Positions 1 to 7,779 of a stretch of 32,000 bases of DNA are shown here, piece by piece. The translations under genes and the position numbers were made by a program. The DNA comes from Kineococcus radiotolerans SRS30216 = ATCC BAA-149 (GTDB lineage: Bacteria > Actinomycetota > Actinomycetes > Actinomycetales > Kineococcaceae): the NCBI RefSeq assembly GCF_000017305.1, contig NC_009664.2, positions 900,001 to 932,000 on the forward strand, given 5' to 3'. The notes beneath the pieces are model-generated. The model saw only the letters and a list, made by a program, of their open reading frames with translations, ran no database searches and was not told the DNA's origin. Every line of letters starts with the position of its first letter. Position 1 is the stretch's first letter.

Positions 1-1617
1 GCGCAGCCGCTCGTGGTCCACCCCGCGCAGGTCGTAGCCGGTGCGCGGGTTGGAGAAGCGGCGGATCTCCTCGAACACGTCCGCGGCGCACCCGTAGGCG
101 AAGTGGTCGCCGAAGCCGAGGGCGCGGGCGACGTCGGCGATGAGCTGCCAGTCCGGGCGGGCGTCACCCACGGGGTCGGCCGCCTGCGGCAGCAGCGTCA
201 TGGTCCGCTCGGAGTTGACGCTCACCTGGTCCGACTCCGCCCACAGCGCCGCCGGCAGCAGGACGTCGGCGAAGGCGGTGGTCTCGGTCTCGGCGAAGGC
301 GTCCTGCACCACGACGAACTCGCAGCGCCGCAGCGCCTCCACGACCGTGGACCGGTTGGCGACCGAGGCGACGGGGTTGGTGCAGATGATCCAGCAGGCC
401 TTCACCTCCCCGGCCGCCATCCGGGAGAACAGGTCGATCGTCCCCGTCCCGACGTCGGTCCGCAGCGTGCCCGGTTCCAGCCCCCACACGCTCTCGGTGA
501 AGTCCCGGTCGCGGGGGTCCAGCACCGAGCGCTGCCCCGGCAGCCCCGGGCCCATGTAGCCCATCTCCCGCCCGCCCATGGCGTTGGGCTGACCGGTGAG
601 CGAGAACGGGCCGCTGCCCCGGCGGCAGATCGCCCCGGTGGCCAGGTGCAGGTTCACCAGCGCGTTGGTGTTCCAGGTGCCGTGGACGCTCTGGTTCAGC
701 CCCATCGTCCAGCAGCTCATCCACTCCCCCGCCCCGGCGATGAGGTCCGCGGCGGCGCGCAGGTCGGCCTCGGCGACGCCGGTGAGCTCGCTCACCCGGG
801 CCGGCGGGTGGTCGGCGACGACCCCGGCCATCCCCTCCCAGCCGGTGGTGGCGGTGGCGATGAACTCCTCGTCGACGGCGCCGGCCTCCACCAGCAGGTG
901 CAGCAGCCCGTTGAGCAGCGCCAGGTCGGTGCCCGGGCGCACCTGCAGGAAGAGGTCGGCGGCCTCGGCGGTGGCCGTCCGGCGCGGGTCGACCACGATG
1001 AGCTTGGCCCCCGCCCGGACGCGGTCCATCATCCGCAGGAAGAGGATCGGGTGGCAGTCGGCGGTGTTGGAGCCGATGACGAGGAACACGTCGGCGTGGT
1101 CGAAGTCCTCGTAGGACCCCGGCGGGCCGTCCGAGCCCAGCGACTGCTTGTAGCCCGTCCCCGCGCTGGCCATGCACAGGCGCGAGTTCGACTCGATCTG
1201 GTTGGTCCGCAGGAAGCCCTTGGTGAGCTTGTTCGCCAGGTACTGCGCCTCCACCGACATCTGCCCCGAGACGTAGACGGCGACGGCGTCCGGGCCGTGC
1301 TCGGCCACGACCTCGGCGAAGCGCTGCGCCACCGTCCCCACGGCGTCGCGGACCGGGGCGGGGCGGGGCTCGCCGCCGCGGGTCTCGCGCACCGCGGCCT
1401 GCTGCAGCCGGCCCGGGGCGGCCATGAAGTCCGCGCTGGTGGCGCCCTTGGTGCACAGCCGCCCCGCGTTGGCCGGGTGCTGCCGGTCCCCGGTGACCCC
1501 GGCGACCCGGCGGCGCCCGGTCTCGGGGTCGGTCACCACGTCCAGGAGCACCCCGCAGCCGACCCCGCAGTAGGAGCAGGCGCTGCGCACGCGGGCGGGG
1601 GTCTCGGGAGCGGTCAC
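1..1617 (-). CDS. nasA: Assimilatory nitrate reductase catalytic subunit (molybdopterin oxidoreductase), N-terminal ~539 aa; the C-terminus lies beyond the window start
   Basis: Absent from the ORF track because it runs off the window edge. My own reverse-complement translation from GTG (complement of 1615-1617) gives VTAPETPARVRSACSYCGVGCGV...GRLCTKG, an N-terminal 4Fe-4S Cys cluster. It continues with VYVSGQMSVEAQYLANKLTKGFLRTNQIESNSRLCMASAGTGYKQSLG, HADVFLVIGSNTADCHPILF, CWTMGLNQSVHGT and SLTGQPNAMGGREMG, which are typical NasA/NarB blocks. The frame is open to base 1. An alternative in-frame TTG start is at 1629. Confidence 0.9.
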   Translation of the reverse strand, partial: MTAPETPARVRSACSYCGVGCGVLLDVVTDPETGRRRVAGVTGDRQHPANAGRLCTKGATSADFMAAPGRLQQAAVRETRGGEPRPAPVRDAVGTVAQRFAEVVAEHGPDAVAVYVSGQMSVEAQYLANKLTKGFLRTNQIESNSRLCMASAGTGYKQSLGSDGPPGSYEDFDHADVFLVIGSNTADCHPILFLRMMDRVRAGAKLIVVDPRRTATAEAADLFLQVRPGTDLALLNGLLHLLVEAGAVDEEFIATATTGWEGMAGVVADHPPARVSELTGVAEADLRAAADLIAGAGEWMSCWTMGLNQSVHGTWNTNALVNLHLATGAICRRGSGPFSLTGQPNAMGGREMGYMGPGLPGQRSVLDPRDRDFTESVWGLEPGTLRTDVGTGTIDLFSRMAAGEVKACWIICTNPVASVANRSTVVEALRRCEFVVVQDAFAETETTAFADVLLPAALWAESDQVSVNSERTMTLLPQAADPVGDARPDWQLIADVARALGFGDHFAYGCAADVFEEIRRFSNPRTGYDLRGVDHERLR

Positions 1618-1650
1618 GGAGGGAGTCAACGCGCTCGCCGTTGCCCGGTG

Positions 1651-1666
1651 GTTACCCCCGTGTTGC
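1651..1666. promoter_or_regulatory. Candidate GlnR-type half-site pair GTTAC-n6-GTTGC in the nasA/narK divergent region
   Basis: Pentamers spaced by 6 nt resemble the actinomycete GlnR box (gTnAc-n6-GaAAc). Read on the minus strand the pair is GCAAC-n6-GTAAC, about 35 nt upstream of the nasA start. Confidence 0.25.
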
Positions 1667-1705
1667 GACCGTGGTGCGCTCTCCTCACAGCGGCGGGCCG
1701 GTCCG

Positions 1706-1732
1706 GTGAGGACAACGTCACGCAGGTGCAAC
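1706..1732. promoter_or_regulatory. Candidate GlnR/NnaR operator: GTGAG-n6-GTCAC-n6-GCAAC, three pentamers with 11-nt phasing
   Basis: GTCAC-gcaggt-GCAAC fits the gTnAc-n6-GaAAc pattern. It lies 33-60 nt upstream of the TAGCTT -10-like hexamer of narK. There is no TTGACA-like -35, as expected for an activator-dependent promoter. Confidence 0.3.
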
Positions 1733-1764
1733 GGCGCACGCGACCGGCTGTAACGCGGCCTGCC

Positions 1765-1770
1765 TAGCTT
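1765..1770 (+). promoter_or_regulatory. -10-like hexamer TAGCTT for the narK operon (leadered, about 40-nt 5' UTR with a GAAGGGA Shine-Dalgarno at 1802-1808)
   Basis: TANNNT match in otherwise GC-rich DNA. The Shine-Dalgarno lies 8 nt upstream of ATG 1816. Confidence 0.3.
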
Positions 1771-1815
1771 CGTCGCCGAAGCGCAGTCCACCCCTGGCCC
1801 CGAAGGGACCCCGCG

Positions 1816-3225
1816 ATGGCCGTCACCAACGACCGCACCGGCTCGGCCGGCCCGCACCTCGCCGTCGGCACGATCCCCGCCCCCCGCGCCGGCCGCTGGG
1901 TGGACCACTACGACCCCGAGGACCAGGAGCAGTGGCGGACCACCGGGCGCCGCGCGGCCAAGCGCAACCTGTGGCTGTCCATCTTCGCGGAGTTCCTCGG
2001 CTTCTCCGTCTGGCAGCTGTGGACGATCGTCACGCCCTCGCTGAACGCCGCCGGCTTCTCGCTGACCGACGACCAGAAGTTCTGGCTCATCGCCATCCCC
2101 AACCTCGTCGGGGCGACGCTGCGCTTCCCGTACACCTTCGCGGTGCCGAAGTTCGGCGGGCGCAACTGGACGATCGTCTCGGCGCTGCTGCTCGTCGTCC
2201 CCTGCGTCGGGCTCGCGATCGTCGTGCAGAACCCGCAGACCCCGTTCTGGCTCATGGTGCTGGTGGCCGCGACGGCCGGGGTCGGCGGCGGGAACTTCGC
2301 CAGCAGCATGGCCAACATCTCCTTCTTCTACCCCGAGCGGGAGAAGGGCGCCGCCCTCGGGCTCAACGCGGCCGGTGGCAACCTCGGCGTGGCCGTCGTG
2401 CAGCTGGTGATGCCCATCGTCGTGGTCGTCGGCGGCGGGCTGGCCCTGGAGCGCGCCGGGCTGGTCGTCATCCCGCTGGCGATCCTCGCCGCGGTCCTCG
2501 CCTGGCGGTACATGGACAACCTCTCCACCGCCAAGGCGGACCTGGCCGGCTACGCCGCCGCGGTGCGCAACAAGCACACCTGGATCATCTCGTTCCTCTA
2601 CATCGGGACGTTCGGGTCGTTCATCGGCTACGCCGGGGTGTTCCCCACCCTCATCCAGCGGGAGTTCCCGGGCATCGCCTTCGACTGGGGCTTCATCGGG
2701 CTGCCGGCGGTGCCGCTGACGCTGGCGTTCCTCGGGGCCCTGGTGGGCTCGCTGGCCCGCCCCTCCGGGGGCCGCCTCGCCGACAGGCTGTCCGGCGCCA
2801 ACGTCAGCATCGCGGCCTACCTCGTGATGTCGCTGGGTGCGGTCGGGGTCATCGCCTCGATCAGCGCCGGCACCTTCGCCGGGTTCTTCGCCAGCTTCCT
2901 GCTGCTCTTCGTCGCCACCGGCGTCGGCAACGGCTCGGTGTACCGGATGATCCCGGCGATCTTCCGCGCCGGGATCGACCCCACCGACACCGCGGCGATG
3001 GTGCTGGCCAAGCGCAAGGCCGCGGCCTGCATCGGGATCGCCGCCGGCATCGGCGCCTACGGCGGGTTCATCATCCCGCGCGTCTTCGCCGCCTCGATCT
3101 CCGGCAGCGGGTCCCTGCAGCCCGCGCTCGTCGGCTTCATCGCCTTCTACCTGGTCTGCGCCGTGGTCACCCTGGCCGTCTACAAGGCCGGACGCGCCCA
3201 GCGCTTCGCCGGCGCCCAGATCTGA
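1816..3225 (+). CDS. narK: MFS nitrate/nitrite transporter (NNP family, NarK type)
   Basis: 469-aa ORF with about 12 hydrophobic helices. N-terminal region is ...WRTTGRRAAKRNLWLSIFAEFLGFSVWQLW. It contains GGGNFASSMANISFFYPEREKGAALGLNAAGGNLG, which is NNP signature-like. It sits next to nas/nir genes. Confidence 0.93.
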   Translation: MAVTNDRTGSAGPHLAVGTIPAPRAGRWVDHYDPEDQEQWRTTGRRAAKRNLWLSIFAEFLGFSVWQLWTIVTPSLNAAGFSLTDDQKFWLIAIPNLVGATLRFPYTFAVPKFGGRNWTIVSALLLVVPCVGLAIVVQNPQTPFWLMVLVAATAGVGGGNFASSMANISFFYPEREKGAALGLNAAGGNLGVAVVQLVMPIVVVVGGGLALERAGLVVIPLAILAAVLAWRYMDNLSTAKADLAGYAAAVRNKHTWIISFLYIGTFGSFIGYAGVFPTLIQREFPGIAFDWGFIGLPAVPLTLAFLGALVGSLARPSGGRLADRLSGANVSIAAYLVMSLGAVGVIASISAGTFAGFFASFLLLFVATGVGNGSVYRMIPAIFRAGIDPTDTAAMVLAKRKAAACIGIAAGIGAYGGFIIPRVFAASISGSGSLQPALVGFIAFYLVCAVVTLAVYKAGRAQRFAGAQI

Positions 3226-3238
3226 GAGAGGAACCCCC

Positions 3239-3586
3239 GTGAGCTCGACCCCCCGCTTCCTGCAAGGTGCCCACCCCTTCACCGGGGCCGGCCTGGAGAA
3301 GCTCGTGGCCCTGGAGGGGCTGCCCGCCTACACCGTCCCCGACGGGGCCCGCGCCCAGGCCGTCTACTTCCGCGGCGGCAACTCCACCGACGAGATGGTG
3401 GTCGTGGCCCTGCTGCGCGACGGGGTGACGATGCGCCTGTTCCCGCTGGCCGCCAAGGGCTCGGTGCACGTGCCGCTGCGCATCGTGGAGGACGTCGAGG
3501 CCCCCTCGACGCTGGAGCTGCGGGTCGCCGCCCCCGAGGGGCTCACCGGCACCGTCGTCGTCGACCTCGGACTCGTGGAGGTCTGA
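3239..3586 (+). CDS. Hypothetical 115-aa soluble protein, operon member between narK and nirB
   Basis: GTG start with an AGAGGAA Shine-Dalgarno (3227-3233) about 6 nt upstream. It starts 13 nt after the narK stop, and its TGA ends 1 nt before the nirB GTG. Codon third positions are almost all G/C. It has no Cys, no Trp, no TM segment and no signal peptide. I recognise no family. Confidence 0.75.
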   Translation: MSSTPRFLQGAHPFTGAGLEKLVALEGLPAYTVPDGARAQAVYFRGGNSTDEMVVVALLRDGVTMRLFPLAAKGSVHVPLRIVEDVEAPSTLELRVAAPEGLTGTVVVDLGLVEV

Positions 3587-3587
3587 C

Positions 3588-6200
3588 GTGACCGAGACGA
3601 CCGCCACCGCCACCGTCCCCGCCCAGCGCCGCCCGCAGCGCCGCCTCGTGGTGGTGGGCAACGGGATGGCCGGGATCCGCGCCGTGGAGGAACTGCTGGA
3701 GCGCGGCGGTTCCGACCAGTTCGCCATCACCGTCTTCGGCGACGAGCCGTACGGGAACTACAACCGCATCATGCTGTCCCACGTGCTGTCCGGGGAGGAG
3801 ACCGAGGAGGGCATCTTCCTCAACACCCTGCCCTGGTACGCCGAGAACGGCATCGACCTGCGCGCCGGGGTGCGGGTGGACCGCATCGACCGCTTCGCCA
3901 AGGTCGTCCACGACGCCGACGGGGGGCAGACCCTCTACGACGTCCTGCTCCTCGCGACGGGGTCCACGCCGTTCTTCCCCACCATGGAGGGCCTGCACCG
4001 CCCCGACGGCACCGTGCTGGACGGGGTGTTCGGGTTCCGGACCCTCGACGACGCCCGGTCGCTGCTCACCGCGGCCCGCACCCACCGGCGCGCCGTCGTC
4101 ATCGGGGGCGGGCTGCTCGGCCTGGAGGCCGCGCACGGCCTGGCGACCCACGGCCTCGAGGTGCACCTCGTCCACTCCCCCCAGCACCTGATGAACCAGC
4201 AGCTCGGGCCCGAGGCCGGGCGCGTGCTGCGCCGCAAGATCGAGGAGCTCGGCATCCGGGTCCACACCGGCGTCCGCACCCGTGGCCTGCGCGGCACCGA
4301 CCGGGTCACCGGCGTGGAACTGCCCGACGGCACGGTGCTCGACGCGGACTTCGTCGTCGTCGCCGCGGGCATCCGGCCCAACACCGACGTCGCCCTGCGC
4401 TCGGGCCTGGAGGTCCAGCGCGGGGTCGTCGTGGACGACCGGATGCAGTGCAGCGCCGGGGAGGAGGGGGAGGAGGGGACCGCGGACGGGATCTACGCCG
4501 TCGGGGAGTGCGTGCAGCACCGCGGCCAGACCTACGGGCTGGTGGCGCCGCTGTGGGACCAGGCCGGGGTCCTGGCCGACCACCTCACCGGTTCCCGCCC
4601 CGACGCGGCCTACCACGGCTCGCGGACCTCGACCAAGCTCAAGGTCGCCGGGGTCGACGTCGTGGCCATGGGCCTGGCCGGGCCCGAGCGCGACGACGAC
4701 GAGTTCGTCGTGTTCTCCGAACCCCACCGCGGGGTGTACCTCAACGTCGTCATCCGCGACGGGCGCCTGGTGGGCGCCACGCTGCTCGGCGACGTGCGCA
4801 AGACCGCGTTCCTCACCCAGGCCTTCGACCAGGGCCTGCCGCTGCCCGAGGAACGCATGAGCCTGCTGTTCGACCTCGGCTCCCCCGACGAGGCGACCTC
4901 GGTCGCCGAGCTCGCCGACGACGTCCAGGTCTGCAACTGCAACGGCGTGACCAAGGGGAAGATCGTCGACGCCGTCGCCGGCGGCTGCACCTCGGTCAAC
5001 GCGGTCATGGGCAAGACCAAGGCCGGCAAGGGCTGCGGGTCCTGCAAGACCCTGGTGGAGCAGGTCACCGAGTGGGCCGCCGGCGGGAACCTCACCGTCG
5101 ACGAGAGCGCGAACTGGTACGTCCCGGCGATCCCGCTGGCCAAGCCGGAGCTCATGGCCGCGATCCGCGAGCGCCGGCTGAAGTCGGTCTCGGCGGTGTT
5201 CCGCGAACTCGCCCCCGGCGGGGTCGAGGACGCGAAGTCGAAGATGGGCCTGACCTCGCTGCTGCGGATGATGTGGCCCGAGGGCCTGGACCAGGACGAG
5301 CGCGACGGCCGGTTCATCAACGACCGGGTGCACGCCAACATCCAGCGCGACGGGACGTTCTCGGTGGTCCCGCAGATGAAGGGCGGGGTGACGACCGCCG
5401 AGCAGCTCCGCAAGATCGCCGACGTCGCCGACAAGTACGACGTCGGCATGATCAAGGTCACGGGCGGGCAGCGGGTGGACCTGCTGGGGATCCGCAAGGA
5501 GGACCTGCCGAAGGTCTGGGCGGACCTGGGGATGCCCTCGGGCTACGCCTACGGCAAGAGCTTCCGGACGGTGAAGACGTGCGTGGGCACCGACTTCTGC
5601 CGCTTCGGGCTGGGCGACTCCACCCAGCTCGGCATCGACCTCGAGACCCGCTTCCAGGGGGTCGAGACCCCGGCGAAGCTGAAGCTGGGCGTCGTCGGCT
5701 GCCCCCGCAACTGCGCGGAGGCCTACGTCAAGGACATCGGGGTCGTCGCGATCGGCGCGGGCAAGTGGGAGGTGTACGTCGGTGGGGCCGCCGGCGCCTC
5801 CGTGCGCAAGGGCGACCTGCTGGCCACGGTGGACTCCCCCGAGGAGGTCATCACCCTGACGGGGCGGTTCATCCAGTTCTACCGGGAGTGGGGCAACTGG
5901 CTGGAGCGCACCTACGAGTTCGTGCCCCGCCTGGGGCTGGACCGGGTGAAGAAGGTCCTGCTGGAGGACTCCGACGGCCTCGTGGCCGGTCTGGACGAGC
6001 GGATGCAGGCGACGGTGGACAACTACCGCGACCCGTGGCTGGAGGGCCGGGAACCGGTCACCGAGGGGCAGTTCCGCCCCGCGCTGCCGCTGGTGGACCT
6101 GCCGCTGGTGCCCGGCCGCCCCGCCGGGGCCCCCGGCGGGACGACCGTCGCCCTGCCGCTGCCCACCGCCCGTCCCGACTCGCTGAGGGTGCCCCGATGA
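3588..6200 (+). CDS. nirB: NAD(P)H-dependent assimilatory nitrite reductase large subunit
   Basis: 870 aa. It has an FAD/NAD fold (RLVVVGNGMAGIRAVEELL, RAVVIGGGLLGLEAA), a BFD-like 2Fe-2S motif (VCNCNGVTKGKI...GKGCGSCK) and a siroheme/4Fe-4S motif (KTCVGTDFCRFG...VVGCPRNCAE). Confidence 0.97.
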   Translation: MTETTATATVPAQRRPQRRLVVVGNGMAGIRAVEELLERGGSDQFAITVFGDEPYGNYNRIMLSHVLSGEETEEGIFLNTLPWYAENGIDLRAGVRVDRIDRFAKVVHDADGGQTLYDVLLLATGSTPFFPTMEGLHRPDGTVLDGVFGFRTLDDARSLLTAARTHRRAVVIGGGLLGLEAAHGLATHGLEVHLVHSPQHLMNQQLGPEAGRVLRRKIEELGIRVHTGVRTRGLRGTDRVTGVELPDGTVLDADFVVVAAGIRPNTDVALRSGLEVQRGVVVDDRMQCSAGEEGEEGTADGIYAVGECVQHRGQTYGLVAPLWDQAGVLADHLTGSRPDAAYHGSRTSTKLKVAGVDVVAMGLAGPERDDDEFVVFSEPHRGVYLNVVIRDGRLVGATLLGDVRKTAFLTQAFDQGLPLPEERMSLLFDLGSPDEATSVAELADDVQVCNCNGVTKGKIVDAVAGGCTSVNAVMGKTKAGKGCGSCKTLVEQVTEWAAGGNLTVDESANWYVPAIPLAKPELMAAIRERRLKSVSAVFRELAPGGVEDAKSKMGLTSLLRMMWPEGLDQDERDGRFINDRVHANIQRDGTFSVVPQMKGGVTTAEQLRKIADVADKYDVGMIKVTGGQRVDLLGIRKEDLPKVWADLGMPSGYAYGKSFRTVKTCVGTDFCRFGLGDSTQLGIDLETRFQGVETPAKLKLGVVGCPRNCAEAYVKDIGVVAIGAGKWEVYVGGAAGASVRKGDLLATVDSPEEVITLTGRFIQFYREWGNWLERTYEFVPRLGLDRVKKVLLEDSDGLVAGLDERMQATVDNYRDPWLEGREPVTEGQFRPALPLVDLPLVPGRPAGAPGGTTVALPLPTARPDSLRVPR

Positions 6201-6517
6201 CCGCCTCCACGACCACCACCCACGCGGTGTGCCCCGCGAGCGAGCTGCCGTTCGGGGAGGGCCGCACCTACGTCGTCGACGGGCAGCAGGTGGCGCTGTT
6301 CCGCCACCGCAGCGGCCGGGTGAGCGCCGTGCAGGCCGCCTGCCCGCACGCCGGCGGGCCGCTGGCCGACGGGCAGGTCGACGAGGGGGTCGTGGTGTGC
6401 CCGCTGCACCTGAACGCCTTCGACCTGCGCACGGGCGAGTCCACGACCGGGCAGGACCCGATCGCGGTGCACCCCTGCTCCGTCGGGGACGATGGTGTCG
6501 TGAGCGTGGTCCTGTGA
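6197..6517 (+). CDS. nirD: Nitrite reductase small subunit (Rieske-like)
   Basis: The ATG overlaps the nirB stop (ATGA at 6197-6200). 106 aa: MTASTTTTHAVCPASELPFGEGRTYVVDGQQVALFR...ACPHAGGPLADG...VVCPLHLNAFDLRTGE. It occupies the tail of track ORF 4448..6517. Confidence 0.93.
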   Translation: MTASTTTTHAVCPASELPFGEGRTYVVDGQQVALFRHRSGRVSAVQAACPHAGGPLADGQVDEGVVVCPLHLNAFDLRTGESTTGQDPIAVHPCSVGDDGVVSVVL

Positions 6518-7779
6518 CCCCGGGCGGAGAGGAGGTCGGCGCGGTGGCCTACCCCCTGCACCTGGACGTCTCCGGGCGCCGCGTCCTCGTCGCCGGCGGG
6601 GGCCCGGTGGCCGCCCGCCGGGCCCGCGACCTCGTCGCCGCGGGCGCCGACGTGCTCGTGGTGGCCCCCGCGGTGTGCGAGGACCTGCGCGACCTGCTGC
6701 CGGACCTGACGTGGGAGCAGCGCGAGGTCGAACCCCGCGACGTCGCCGACGCGTGGCTGGTGCACACCGCCACCGGCGACCCCCGCGCCGACGCCGAGGT
6801 CGCCGCGGCCGCCGAGGCGCTGCGGGTGTGGTGCGTGCGCGCCGACGACGCCCGCGCCTCCAGCGCCTGGACGCCGTCGGTGGTCCGCCGCGAGGGCGTG
6901 ACGGTCTCGGTGACCGCCGGGGGCGACCCGCGGCGCGCCCGGGGCCTGCGGGAGGCCCTCTCGCGGTGGCTGGACTCCGGGGCCGCACCGCTGCGCCGCC
7001 GCCGTCCCGGGGCCGGGCGCGTCACGCTGGTGGGCGGGGGCCCCGGCGAGGTGGACCTGCTGACGCTGCGCGGGCGCCGGCGCCTCGCCGAGGCCGACGT
7101 CGTCGTGGTGGACCGCCTGGCGCCCACGGCCGTCCTCGACGAGCTGGACCCCGACGTGCAGGTCGTCGACGTGGGCAAGACCCCCGACCACCACCCGGTG
7201 CCCCAGGAGGAGATCAACCGCATCCTCGTCGAGCACGCGCGGGCCGGGCGGCGGGTCGTGCGCCTCAAGGGCGGCGACAGCTACGTCCTGGGCCGCGGCG
7301 GCGAGGAGGTCCTGGCCTGCCGCGCCGCCGGGGTGGAGGTCGAGGTGGTGCCGGGGGTGACGAGCGCGTTCGCCGTGCCCGCCGCGGCCGGGATCCCGGT
7401 CACCCACCGGGGGCTGTCGCGGTCGGTGACGGTGGTCAGCGGGCACGAGGACGTCGACGCCGCCACCCTGGCCCGGCTGGACGGGACGGTCGTCTTCCTC
7501 ATGGGGGTGACGATGCTGCCGCGGCTGTGCGCGGACCTGGTGGCCGCGGGCAAGCCCGCCTCCACCCCGGTGGCGATCGTGGAGAACGGCTGGCGCCCGG
7601 ACCAGCGCACGACCCGCGGCACGCTGGGCGACATCGCGGCAACCGCCGCCCGGCGCGGGGTGCGCTCCCCCGCGGTGATCGTGGTCGGCGCCGTGGCGGG
7701 GCTGGCGGGGCTGGCGGGCGTGGCGGACGAGGAGGGCGTGACGGTGGGGCCCGACGTCGCCTACCGTCCGCTGTCGTGA
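6514..7779 (+). CDS. cysG: Siroheme synthesis fusion: short precorrin-2 dehydrogenase (SirC/CysG-N-like, about 168 aa) + uroporphyrinogen-III C-methyltransferase (SUMT)
   Basis: The GTG overlaps the nirD stop (GTGA at 6514-6517). The N-terminal NAD fold is RRVLVAGGGPVAARRARDLVAAGADVLVVAP. The SUMT half shows VTLVGGGPGEVDLLTLRGRRRLAEADVVVVDRL, RLKGGDSYVLGRGGEE and VPGVTSAFAVPAAAGIPVTHRG. It occupies the tail of track ORF 6229..7779. Confidence 0.9.
   Translation: MTPGGEEVGAVAYPLHLDVSGRRVLVAGGGPVAARRARDLVAAGADVLVVAPAVCEDLRDLLPDLTWEQREVEPRDVADAWLVHTATGDPRADAEVAAAAEALRVWCVRADDARASSAWTPSVVRREGVTVSVTAGGDPRRARGLREALSRWLDSGAAPLRRRRPGAGRVTLVGGGPGEVDLLTLRGRRRLAEADVVVVDRLAPTAVLDELDPDVQVVDVGKTPDHHPVPQEEINRILVEHARAGRRVVRLKGGDSYVLGRGGEEVLACRAAGVEVEVVPGVTSAFAVPAAAGIPVTHRGLSRSVTVVSGHEDVDAATLARLDGTVVFLMGVTMLPRLCADLVAAGKPASTPVAIVENGWRPDQRTTRGTLGDIAATAARRGVRSPAVIVVGAVAGLAGLAGVADEEGVTVGPDVAYRPLS

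Noticed and set aside
13-1767. 584-aa plus-strand ORF, plus 164..1456 (minus), 140..559 and 596..1114
   Set aside because: These are Arg/Gly/Pro/His-rich translations with no recognisable motifs. The same DNA read in the other minus frame gives an unmistakable NasA sequence. They are shadow ORFs of a high-GC gene.
3543-6196. Long ORFs 3543..5333 (minus), 4610..5497 (minus), 4282..4860 (plus) and the first 583 codons of 4448..6517 (plus)
   Set aside because: All of them overlap nirB, whose frame carries the FAD, 2Fe-2S and siroheme motifs. Their translations are low-complexity and Arg/Pro/Gly-rich. Only the last 106 codons of 4448..6517 (nirD) are real.
6023-7446. Extremely Arg/Pro-rich 'protamine-like' ORFs 6023..6988 (minus), 6268..7446 (minus) and 6549..7268 (minus)
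   Set aside because: They are antisense to nirD and cysG. The composition (runs of RRRGR and PRRP) is what antisense frames of GC3-rich genes produce. They have no start context.
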